From: an uncultured Acidobacteriota bacterium
Lineage (GTDB): Bacteria; Acidobacteriota; UBA6911; RPQK01; CBDAPI01
Assembly: GCA_964463145.1 (NCBI GenBank)
Contig: CAYXBG010000003.1
Span: 1-52,609, forward strand
DNA length: 52,609 bases
Direction of reading: 5' to 3'
Shown: in pieces, positions 27,670 through 35,887 of the stretch
Layout: each line of letters starts with the position of its first letter
Position numbering within the stretch: the first letter of the stretch is position 1
Translations under genes and position numbers: made by a program
The notes under the pieces: generated by a model
What the model was told of the DNA's origin: nothing
Seen by the model: only the letters and a program-made list of their open reading frames with translations
Database searches by the model: none

Positions 27670-29634
27670 CTATGGTTTGAGTTTGAATCGTTCCAGGAGA
27701 CTGAGCAGGATGTCGATGGGAACATCCGTGCTTCTATTCTTACCCTCTCCGAGGCTAGCAAGATGAACAACCGCTCCGTCGGCACCAACATGTTGAGCTG
27801 CATTAACCAGAGGCGGGATGCGATTGTGATGGGAAATACATTGTGTTGGATCTATAAAAACTGGGAAAGGAGTCTCCTCCTTGAGAGCTAGCACCGCCCC
27901 CAGATCTATAGTAGATCTCGAACCACTTTCCGATGTCCTTATTCCTCCTTCACATAGAATGACCTGCTGGTTCCCTAACTCCAATATAGTGTTGGCAGAT
28001 GAGAGCAATTCCTGGACTGTAGAACTTATATTCCTTTCAAGGACAATCGGAACGGATGTCCGGCCGGCTGCTTCGAGGAGAGACATGTTCTGCATTTGTC
28101 TTGAGGAAAGAAACAGTACATCCGCGTGACTGTCATAAAGAGGTATTTGGCCAGGAGCCTGCACCTCACACCCCAACGGGACCCCATGTTGATTGGCCAA
28201 TTGCTGGATCCGTTTAAAATTCCCATCAATTTCTTTCTCCGAGGATCCAAGCCTTGTAATCCGCAGGAGACCTTGGCCTAATCTCCTCAAGCACTTCAGG
28301 GTCTTTTCAACAATTTCCGATCCGGTATCGGGCGGACAAGAAACCACTGTCGTAAAGCTACTATCGCCGACCAGTATTGAGTCAATGAGAATCTGTCTGG
28401 AAGTCAGCGTCTTCTCAGGTAGAGATCTTACTTCACTATCAAAACCCTTGGATTTAAGAGAGCGCAACTCAATCTCTCCAGGCTCTAACTGGGCCCGAGA
28501 TGTAGTGCCCACCATTGCACTGGGAAAACATCCAAGAACACGAAGGAACCTAGCCCTCGAGCGAACCTGGTCTAGGGCTTCAAAGATCCTTGCTTCGTCG
28601 ATATTTCCCTCCATCTCTATATGGAATTGATACTGCCAAGGAGTACCCTTCCGAGGACGAGATTCGAGCTTGGTGAGGTTAATCCCCTCTGACGATAAAG
28701 CTGATAGTGCGGCTACTAGAGCACCTTCAGAATGATCCGTCACTAGCAGAAATGATGTTTTCGCGGGAATTCTGGTATCCACAGATGCTGAATCCCGAGA
28801 AATGATCCAAAAACGAGTGTAGTTTTCAGGGTGGTCGGCTATACCTCGCCTCAAAACTGTCAGCCCATATAGTTCGGCCGCCTCTGCACTCGCAATGGCA
28901 GCTTGAGTTGAGTCGTCCTCATCTTTAACTTTCCGCACAGCTTCGGCTGAGTCAATATAACTCTGATAAGACGCATTAGGGAGGCTTTTTATGAAAGCTG
29001 TACACTGTTGTAACGCGACCGGGTGAGAAAGAACCGTACAGATGTGATCCAGAGGCGTGCCTTCTAACCCGATCAGGCAATGCTCTATTTTGAGATATTC
29101 TTCTCCGACTACATGGAGCTTACTCTCTGCCAACAGGTCATATACTTCGTACACAGTGCCCGCCAGAACATTTTCTATCGGCAGAAAAGCCAAGTCGACA
29201 TTACCAGATTCCACTGCGTCAACAACTTCAACGAAACTGGTATATCCAATCGGTTCGATGTCATCGCCAAAATATTTACGACACGCCATCCAAGAGTAAG
29301 CTCCATTTGCACCTTGATATGCTATCTTGTGGGCCCTTTTCAGAGAAGGATTCCTGGCGTGGTGGACACGCCGGCTCTGGACCTCCCGGGAGTGATTGAT
29401 AACCTCTCTTAGTACACGCTCCGCAAGATTAGGATCGAGATCTTTCTCCATAGCGAGACTTGCCACTTTTGTAAGTAGTCTTGTTTCCCGTTCAGCATCA
29501 AATAGAGGAAGACCTTGCACTTCCTTGCGCTGCAAAATCTCCTCGACCACTTCCATTCGGCGTGCCAAAGCCTCAAGTAACTCTTGGTCAGCCCCGTCAA
29601 TACGGTCTCTAAGTGAATCCAGTTCGCTTGCCAT
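27670..29634 (-). CDS. pheA: P-protein (chorismate mutase, prephenate dehydratase, ACT) fused to a C-terminal DAHP-synthase-like (type I-beta) domain
   Basis: CM helix region (LRDRIDGADQELLEALARRMEV). PDT (KIAYQGANGAYS..., ENVLAGTV). ACT (KTSFLLVT...ESRP). C-terminal ~250 aa align by eye to I-beta DAHPS (QVILCEGGIRT, VFIDPTQ, AAQHVGADGAVV). Confidence 0.85.
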   Translation of the reverse strand: MASELDSLRDRIDGADQELLEALARRMEVVEEILQRKEVQGLPLFDAERETRLLTKVASLAMEKDLDPNLAERVLREVINHSREVQSRRVHHARNPSLKRAHKIAYQGANGAYSWMACRKYFGDDIEPIGYTSFVEVVDAVESGNVDLAFLPIENVLAGTVYEVYDLLAESKLHVVGEEYLKIEHCLIGLEGTPLDHICTVLSHPVALQQCTAFIKSLPNASYQSYIDSAEAVRKVKDEDDSTQAAIASAEAAELYGLTVLRRGIADHPENYTRFWIISRDSASVDTRIPAKTSFLLVTDHSEGALVAALSALSSEGINLTKLESRPRKGTPWQYQFHIEMEGNIDEARIFEALDQVRSRARFLRVLGCFPSAMVGTTSRAQLEPGEIELRSLKSKGFDSEVRSLPEKTLTSRQILIDSILVGDSSFTTVVSCPPDTGSEIVEKTLKCLRRLGQGLLRITRLGSSEKEIDGNFKRIQQLANQHGVPLGCEVQAPGQIPLYDSHADVLFLSSRQMQNMSLLEAAGRTSVPIVLERNISSTVQELLSSANTILELGNQQVILCEGGIRTSESGSRSTIDLGAVLALKEETPFPVFIDPTQCISHHNRIPPLVNAAQHVGADGAVVHLASLGEGKNRSTDVPIDILLSLLERFKLKP

Positions 29635-29649
29635 TATTTTACCCCGAAA

Positions 29650-29686
29650 GCAAAAAAGCCCACCGGCATTCGATCCGGTGGGCTTT
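29650..29686 (-). terminator. intrinsic terminator/attenuator hairpin 16 nt upstream of the pheA start codon
   Basis: Minus-strand RNA: GAAAGCCCACCGG-AUCGAAUG-CCGGUGGGCUUUUUUG. GC-rich stem of 10-13 bp plus a U6 tract. It terminates no upstream gene, because efp diverges on the other strand. Confidence 0.7.
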
Positions 29687-29709
29687 CAATCTCGTGCTGC
29701 TTCAACTCG

Positions 29710-29859
29710 TCAGGAACGCATCCCGCCAGCACGCAAAACCCCAATGTGGCTGATAAAATCAAATCTAACTTCCCCGTGCTGGTACGTCATCACATCGCAA
29801 AGAGTAACCACGTACTGGCTCAACGTCAAGTTCAAAGAGATCGGAATAAGCAACCTCAC
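29710..29859 (-). CDS. candidate 49-codon leader ORF in the pheA 5' leader (below the ORF-track cutoff)
   Basis: AAGGAGG lies 4 nt before the GTG. Translation VRLLIPISLNLTLSQYVVTLCDVMTYQHGEVRFDFISHIGVLRAGGMRS*. It spans two of three mutually complementary 7-8 nt elements. Only two Phe codons (RFDFI). Confidence 0.3.
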   Translation of the reverse strand: MRLLIPISLNLTLSQYVVTLCDVMTYQHGEVRFDFISHIGVLRAGGMRS

Positions 29860-30034
29860 ACTACCTCCTTACACCAGATGTCCTGTGGCCCTGAACAGAA
29901 TCTCCCCCCTCGGACTCGTTCATTGCGTAGTAAATAGGATCGCCAGCTCATCCTCAGGTCAAACCATTTATTACACATTCGCCACGAAGTAATGTTTGGA
30001 AGGCCGCACACGGCTTTGCTATCTTAAGCGGACT

Positions 30035-30595
30035 ATGATTTCCGCGATCCAGATGCGTAAAGGGAATGTGATCATCTACAAGGGCGCACCGCATAGAGTT
30101 CTCGACAGGCAACATCGTACTCCGGGTAAAGGCGCCGCTATCATCCGCGCTCGCTTACGAAACCTGAAATCTGGCGCTTCCTATGAAGTCCGTTTCAACT
30201 CACAAGAGTCCGTCGAGCAAGTAAGTGTCGAACAACACCAAATGGAATATCTGTACACTGATGGGACGCATTTTCATTTCATGAACACCCACAACTACGA
30301 GCAGGTTGCTCTGAATGCAGAGACTTTAGGAGATCTTAAAAACTTCTTGAAGGAAGGCCTCAACATCGAGGTGGAATTCTATGAGGGTGATCCTATTGGG
30401 ATCCAAATGCCCACCGTTGTGGAACTAAAAATCGTCGAAACAGAACCGGAGCTCAAGGGGGCCACTGCCAGCAACTCACCCAAGCCGGCCACATTGGAGA
30501 CAGGAGCAGTCGTGCAAGTACCTCCGTTCATTTCAGTCGGAGAAGTAGTCCGTGTAGATCCCAATGAGGGTAAGTATCTGGAACGGGCAAAATAA
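30035..30595 (+). CDS. efp: elongation factor P
   Basis: The ATG at 30035 gives MISAIQMRKGNVIIYKGAPHRVL...TPGKGAAIIRARLRNL, with the conserved Lys-loop PGKG. Full EF-P domains I-III. Confidence 0.95.
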   Translation: MISAIQMRKGNVIIYKGAPHRVLDRQHRTPGKGAAIIRARLRNLKSGASYEVRFNSQESVEQVSVEQHQMEYLYTDGTHFHFMNTHNYEQVALNAETLGDLKNFLKEGLNIEVEFYEGDPIGIQMPTVVELKIVETEPELKGATASNSPKPATLETGAVVQVPPFISVGEVVRVDPNEGKYLERAK

Positions 30596-30684
30596 ATAGC
30601 CCTCCAACAAGACTTCTAACCTTAGGATCTTGGATCCTTGAAAAACCATACAAACTTGTACTGAAAGGGACTGGCAACGCTCAT

Positions 30685-31140
30685 TTACGGCTTATCTTGT
30701 TCTTCATAGATTATAAAAAAAACAAGTTCCTCATTGCCCGTTTGTCGCAGTCCGTGCCAGCTACCAGCTAGAGTTAATATCGCGTCTCCGGGCCCAACAG
30801 GAATGGTTTTCTCGTTCATCCCAAGATCCCCTGTACCACTTACTACGTAATAGATCTCATCGTGTGTCTGTTCATGGTAGCCGACACTTGAACCTGGCTC
30901 CATTACCCTTTTGCGGAATATGAGTTTTAAATCCTTGGCCGCCTCGAAATAGCTGAAGGCCGTCGACATGCCATCTCCTTCATGAGGCGGGCGTTCCCTA
31001 GTCGCCACATCGGAGTCATTATCAATTATGTACCCTGGTTGCGGATACTTCGGTGACTTCATAGGCGTCTCAGCTTCACAATTCCAGGAAAGGGTCAATA
31101 ACGCTAGTGTCAAAAACATTAATCCTAACCGAGGCTTCAT
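30685..31140 (-). CDS. secreted cupin-domain protein
   Basis: ATG at 31140 preceded by GGAGGGAG. Signal peptide. Cupin motifs (GYHEQTHDEIYYVVSG, GDAILTLAGSWHGL). Confidence 0.75.
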   Translation of the reverse strand: MKPRLGLMFLTLALLTLSWNCEAETPMKSPKYPQPGYIIDNDSDVATRERPPHEGDGMSTAFSYFEAAKDLKLIFRKRVMEPGSSVGYHEQTHDEIYYVVSGTGDLGMNEKTIPVGPGDAILTLAGSWHGLRQTGNEELVFFIIYEEQDKP

Positions 31141-31409
31141 GAGTTCTCCCTCCAAACATTGGCTGCGATATTAATTTCATATCTTTTGGTCAATATAGCA
31201 CCCAGAAGATGGCCATTCTACCGACGCAGCTTCTGGCTGTACTAACTACTCCCTCTATATGCGTTTTTCGGACCAGTCAACAATTCCCATTTAATTGACT
31301 CAGTAAAAACCCTCCCGAGTCCTTAAGTAACCTTGAGATACTTCGGGGAGCTTGCCTAGGATGGTAAGACAAAAATCTCAAAAAGTACTCAACATAAACC
31401 GTAGGAGAG

Positions 31410-32405
31410 TCAGCTCAACTGGCAAAGCTTAGTAAGGCGCCCAATCTCAACCCATTCCCCCACAAAAATATTACCTTCGCGATCGAATGAAGCTCCGTGG
31501 GGACAAATGAATTGGCCAACGGGAAATTCATCCCTTGCTTTGAGACGCAGCTCACGATAATTGGCTGGGCCTTGACCCAAGTGAGCAACTACCTCATTCT
31601 TCTCATCCACGACCGTCACTCGTGCCGCAAGATCAGGGATTACCATATCTTTGCCACGGATATGGAAATGACACGGCAGATCGAACCCATAGTAGAAGCG
31701 TCGATGTTCTCCTTCTAGAGAAAATTCCTGAAGACGATTGTTACTACGATCCGCTACCAAAATCACAGATTGATCTCCGCGTGAATCGCAGATTACGCCG
31801 TGAGGACATTTGAGTTGTCCGGTCTCACTCCCAGGCCCTCCGAATGTCCTCACATACCTGCCGTACTTGTCATATTGAATCACATAGCTTGAACCATACC
31901 CATCTGCTACATAAATATCTCCATTAGGTGAGACTGCAAGGTTGGTTGGCTTATAAACCGGTTTTTCGCCGTCCGAAGAGACCTGGTAAGCAGGTGATTC
32001 CTCCGGATATCCTATTCGGAGCACCTCTTCGCCATACGGAGTCGTTTTGACCACAATACTGCGCTCTATATCGCAAAAATAGAAATATTCCTGCCCCCCC
32101 TCCTTGTTAAGGTGGAACCCGTGGGCTCCACCCTTGAAATCAGCACCCCAGGACCTGACAAATTCCCCATCCGGATCGAAAACGACGGTAGAGTCGCTAC
32201 TCCGACTTGTTTCGTGAACTGTGTGATGGACATGGATAAATCCATCATCATCCTCGACTATACCGTGAACGTTCCCATAGCGGATTTCATCGGGCAATCG
32301 CCCCCAGTCGTGGATAACTTCATAGGTGTAATCACCACTCCCCACTGTTAATTTCAGAGAAGAGGAGGACTCCCCTGAAGTAGATTTACTGGTCATCAAA
32401 GACAC
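31410..32405 (-). CDS. NHL-repeat six-bladed beta-propeller protein (peptidyl-alpha-hydroxyglycine lyase-like)
   Basis: Repeated blade motifs (PHGV..D, IYVADxxNxRIQ-like: GDIYVADGYGSSYVIQY, ILVADRSNNRLQEF, IFVGEW). Confidence 0.7.
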   Translation of the reverse strand: MSLMTSKSTSGESSSSLKLTVGSGDYTYEVIHDWGRLPDEIRYGNVHGIVEDDDGFIHVHHTVHETSRSSDSTVVFDPDGEFVRSWGADFKGGAHGFHLNKEGGQEYFYFCDIERSIVVKTTPYGEEVLRIGYPEESPAYQVSSDGEKPVYKPTNLAVSPNGDIYVADGYGSSYVIQYDKYGRYVRTFGGPGSETGQLKCPHGVICDSRGDQSVILVADRSNNRLQEFSLEGEHRRFYYGFDLPCHFHIRGKDMVIPDLAARVTVVDEKNEVVAHLGQGPANYRELRLKARDEFPVGQFICPHGASFDREGNIFVGEWVEIGRLTKLCQLS

Positions 32406-32417
32406 CCTTCCTCTGAA

Positions 32418-32795
32418 TTAGATGCTTTTGGCTCTGTGAATAATATGGCAGATATTACCCTCAGGATCACGGAAGAATGCCAATCGATTCCCCTCCGCTT
32501 CGACAAAATTTTCAATTTCAATGCCCTTTACTTTCAGATCTTCAACAGATGCATCAAAAACATCAACACTGAACGCTAGATGCCTAATTCCCGGCGTTTT
32601 GTAATCTGATTTCAGTGGAGCCCCCTCGGAGGGAATTATCTCGAGCATGGTACCGTCTGGGGCTTTCACAAAAACATTACCCGCATAACGGTGACAAATT
32701 GGAAAATCGAGGTTTTTTTCATACCAGGCAGCTAGCGCTTCTGGATCAGGTGAGGCAATGGCTGTGTGTTCAATCCCTTTGTACATGCTACTCAT
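32418..32795 (-). CDS. VOC (glyoxalase/bleomycin-resistance/dioxygenase) family protein
   Basis: 125 aa. IEHTAIASPD... and IRHLAFSV...AFFRDPEGN are typical of paired beta-alpha-beta-beta-beta modules. Confidence 0.8.
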   Translation of the reverse strand: MSSMYKGIEHTAIASPDPEALAAWYEKNLDFPICHRYAGNVFVKAPDGTMLEIIPSEGAPLKSDYKTPGIRHLAFSVDVFDASVEDLKVKGIEIENFVEAEGNRLAFFRDPEGNICHIIHRAKSI

Positions 32796-32871
32796 TTCTT
32801 TTATCCTCTCTATGCAAAAACACCTTTACAACTAGTTCGGAACTGACAGGCGCATCTTTCATGCCTCCCAA

Positions 32872-33489
32872 TCACTTGGCGTCCCTGAGGGCCTCGGTTA
32901 TTCGCTTGATGGCAAGTTGTCCAGGGTCGTCTAACCCCACACTTTTTTCAGCAAATATCCGTGCTCGTCCCTGCTTAGCTGGGAGATGGCGGAACTGATC
33001 CAATGCATCTGCGGCCGCCCTGTCAGCCAATTCAAGCATAACTTGGGGATCCTGCTCCCCCTCCAGAGCAACACGTATCGCCTCCAGAGCGTCCAGAACC
33101 GTTTTGTCTCCTAGGCCACTACGTCCCCGCCGAGCCATTGCTTCGATTGCACCACTCATTAGCAGAGACATTTCTGTCCAACTCACTGAGAGGTTGCCCT
33201 TGTAGGCTTTGGCAGCACTCATCATCCCAGTCGCCAACAAAGTTCCAAAAGATGACCCTCCCTCGGTCATTAATATTTGTGCACACTTCAGGAAACTCCC
33301 CCCTAGGTCATCGGGCAGTTCGTCTATTTTCTCAAGGATAGCTTTACTGCCATTAACCATAGTAACTCCAAGATCTCCATCACCTAGCTGTCCGTCAAGT
33401 GAGTTCAACTCCTCGGCTGAAACTTCCATCTTGGGGCCTATCTGCTGGATAGCCCACCGCAGTGAGTTAACAGTTAGCTCGTTAGCCAT
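32872..33489 (-). CDS. dhaL: dihydroxyacetone kinase, ADP-binding subunit DhaL
   Basis: LDGQLGDGDLGVTM and GGSSFGTL motifs. Its start overlaps the dhaK stop by 1 nt. Confidence 0.9.
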   Translation of the reverse strand: MANELTVNSLRWAIQQIGPKMEVSAEELNSLDGQLGDGDLGVTMVNGSKAILEKIDELPDDLGGSFLKCAQILMTEGGSSFGTLLATGMMSAAKAYKGNLSVSWTEMSLLMSGAIEAMARRGRSGLGDKTVLDALEAIRVALEGEQDPQVMLELADRAAADALDQFRHLPAKQGRARIFAEKSVGLDDPGQLAIKRITEALRDAK

Positions 33490-34490
33490 CAGACTTCCCA
33501 GAAAGCACAGCTACAGGGCGCTTTCAGCAAGGACTGAATCTCAGCGTCAAGTTTACAAATGGATATAGATAAACCCGCCATTTCCATTGAGGTCGCATAG
33601 CGACCTACCAACGGAACAGCAATCTCCACACCTAAATCGTTCAGTCTACTGGCTACATGACCATAGACAATATATAACTCCTCAGGAGGTGTCGCCCCAA
33701 GAGAGTTAATCATGGCGCAAACTTTGTCACCGTTGGTGAGTGGTTGATCTTTTAGTATCCCATCCAGTATCTCTCTGGTGATATCCACCGCAGTCGTCAA
33801 TGGTCCACGACGCACACCAGGTTCCCCATGGATACCCATCCCAATTTCCATTTCATCGTCCCCAATCTCAAAGGTAGGCTTACCCGCTTCTGGTACGGTA
33901 CAAGGAGTCAACGCCACACCCATGGTCCTTGTGGCGTCAAGAGTTTTTTGTGCTGCTGCTGCTACTTCAGCTAATTCCGCTCCCTGGGCTGCCTTAGCCC
34001 CTGCAGCCTTAAATCCTAGGACCATTCCTGCTACCCCACGCCGTTTCTGGGAATCTTCTGGTGGAGCACTGGCTACGTCATCGGCAACGACCACTGTCTG
34101 AGTAAGAATATCTTCCAGCTCGAGCATCTCGGCTGCCATTTCAAAGCTCATGACGTCGCCGCCATAATTCCCGTACAGGAGTAATACTCCCTTACCACCA
34201 TTTGCAACACGTATAGCTTCTGATATCTGATCAACTGTAGGAGAAGCAAAGACATTGCCGATTGCGCAAGCATCAAGGAGCCCTTCTCCTACATAGCCTG
34301 TAAAAACGGGCAAATGACCAGAACCGCCACCTGTCACTACTCCAACCTTCCCCTCAATAGGTGCGTTCGGTCTTCCTATGACTCGGTTTTGTGGTCCAAA
34401 TTGCTTATAACATTCAGGATGGGCCGCGCAAAGGCCTGACAACATCTCATCAACATAGGCCTGTGGTTCATTCATGACTTTTTTCATCAT
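33489..34490 (-). CDS. dhaK: dihydroxyacetone kinase, substrate-binding subunit DhaK
   Basis: GVVTGGGSGHLPVFTGYVGEGLLDA and GMGIHGEPG motifs. Confidence 0.92.
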   Translation of the reverse strand: MMKKVMNEPQAYVDEMLSGLCAAHPECYKQFGPQNRVIGRPNAPIEGKVGVVTGGGSGHLPVFTGYVGEGLLDACAIGNVFASPTVDQISEAIRVANGGKGVLLLYGNYGGDVMSFEMAAEMLELEDILTQTVVVADDVASAPPEDSQKRRGVAGMVLGFKAAGAKAAQGAELAEVAAAAQKTLDATRTMGVALTPCTVPEAGKPTFEIGDDEMEIGMGIHGEPGVRRGPLTTAVDITREILDGILKDQPLTNGDKVCAMINSLGATPPEELYIVYGHVASRLNDLGVEIAVPLVGRYATSMEMAGLSISICKLDAEIQSLLKAPCSCAFWEV

Positions 34491-34684
34491 TTGCTTCTCC
34501 TCGTCAAAAGATCTATCTCCGGAACATCCTTACCCAACATTACAGAAGGCACATTCCATATCTTTATCTGTACAATCTGCTTGGTCAAGCGCCGATTTTT
34601 AAAGGAGAAATAAGTGTGCTACTCAGGAACACTTTAAATGTCTCTCTTTTCTGAATTCGGTATGTTCGATTTTTAGCAGAAATT

Positions 34685-35794
34685 TTATTTCAATCCGAGG
34701 TCGCGACGCGGATTCTCGGGATGCAATTCTTCTAGTTCCTGTAGGATTTCCCGAGATCGATCGTCATCGATCTCGGGAACAACTAGTCGGACCTTTACTA
34801 TTTGATCGCCACGCCTGCCTCCCTTTGGTCCCGGTACCCCTTTATTCCTGAGACGGAATTTTTGACCGCTTTGCGTGCCCGCAGGGATGGTTAACCAGGC
34901 CTTGCCAGTTACTGTTGGCACCTCGATTCGAGCACCGAGTAGAGCTTCCGTAAGGGTTAATGGAATCTCGCATAGAATATTTTTCCCCTGGCGTCCGAAA
35001 AAAGCGTGTGGCTCAACCTTTATAACCAGGTAGAGATTTCCGGAAGCCAGACCTTTTGACCCACTGTTCCCCTTACCTGGAACACGTATTCTTGATCCGG
35101 TGTCAACACCTGCCGGAACCTTAACCGAGATAGCCTCTGAAATAACCTCTAGGTTAGAACCATGACATCTAGAACACCTGCTAGACTTGGTCCGTCCGCT
35201 ACCTTTACAGGTACTGCAGGTTGTGGCAATTTCCTTGCTCCCACTTTTTTGTCTCACCTGGCCAGACCCGTCACAAGAAGAACATATTTCTTGATCTGGC
35301 GTATTCTTCGAACCAAATCTAGTACAGGCAGTACAACGCTGCTTTCTGTGGAAATTAATGCGACGGCTCGTACCACCGACTGCATCCAAAAAAGAAACGG
35401 CTATGGAAAACTCAAGATCCTCGCCTCTCTCCCTATGATGACGCCGAGACGGCCCACCCTCTCCGAAAAACTCTGAGAAAATCTCGCCGAAATTATTGAA
35501 GGCCCCTCGGGGGGAAAACCCTTTTGACTGGAAGCCCTGGGACCCGGGCCCTGATCGATTGCCGAAGCCTCCAGGGGCACCCGATGCCCCATACCTGTCG
35601 TAAGCCTCACGTTTGCGAGGATCACTCAGAACTGAATATGCTTCCTGAATCTTCTTAAATCGCTCCTCAGAAGCTTTTTCACCCGGATTAATGTCTGGGT
35701 GAAACTTTCTAGCATTCCTACGATATGCCTTTTTGATCTCCTCTCCTGAGGCGTCTCGCCCGACACCCAGCTGAGCATAGTAATCTTTCGCCAT
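34685..35794 (-). CDS. dnaJ: molecular chaperone DnaJ
   Basis: J-domain with HPD (KFHPDINPG), a G/F region, and four CxxCxGxG-type zinc repeats (CTAC, CSSCDGSG, CSTCKGSG, CSRCHGSN). Confidence 0.95.
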   Translation of the reverse strand: MAKDYYAQLGVGRDASGEEIKKAYRRNARKFHPDINPGEKASEERFKKIQEAYSVLSDPRKREAYDRYGASGAPGGFGNRSGPGSQGFQSKGFSPRGAFNNFGEIFSEFFGEGGPSRRHHRERGEDLEFSIAVSFLDAVGGTSRRINFHRKQRCTACTRFGSKNTPDQEICSSCDGSGQVRQKSGSKEIATTCSTCKGSGRTKSSRCSRCHGSNLEVISEAISVKVPAGVDTGSRIRVPGKGNSGSKGLASGNLYLVIKVEPHAFFGRQGKNILCEIPLTLTEALLGARIEVPTVTGKAWLTIPAGTQSGQKFRLRNKGVPGPKGGRRGDQIVKVRLVVPEIDDDRSREILQELEELHPENPRRDLGLK

Positions 35795-35887
35795 ATCTAC
35801 TCGATTTTAAAGCTGAGAAACTTTAATCTCTACACGAATAGAGGCTGGACAGCTGAGCGGCCATTTCAGAACACTCCGCTGGGATCT

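Noticed and set aside
29657-29684. The hairpin loop AUCGAAU flanked by CCGG/CCGG looked like a tRNA or tmRNA T-arm (TTCGAAT-like), raising the idea of a tmRNA or tRNA gene between pheA and efp.
   Set aside because: There is no acceptor stem, no CCA or discriminator context, no D or anticodon arms and no tmRNA tag ORF. The 10-13 bp GC stem plus U6 is fully explained as an intrinsic terminator.
29635-29995. Known riboswitch classes (T-box, TPP, ZTP, yybP-ykoY, glycine, fluoride, ykkC) and RNase P / 6S / SRP RNA signatures in the pheA-efp intergenic region.
   Set aside because: None of the conserved core sequences I remember is present (for example the T-box GGUGGUACCGCG, TPP CUGAGA...ACCUGAUCUGGAUAAUGCCAGCG, or RNase P GAGGAAAGUCC). 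The region is kept as an unclassified leader.
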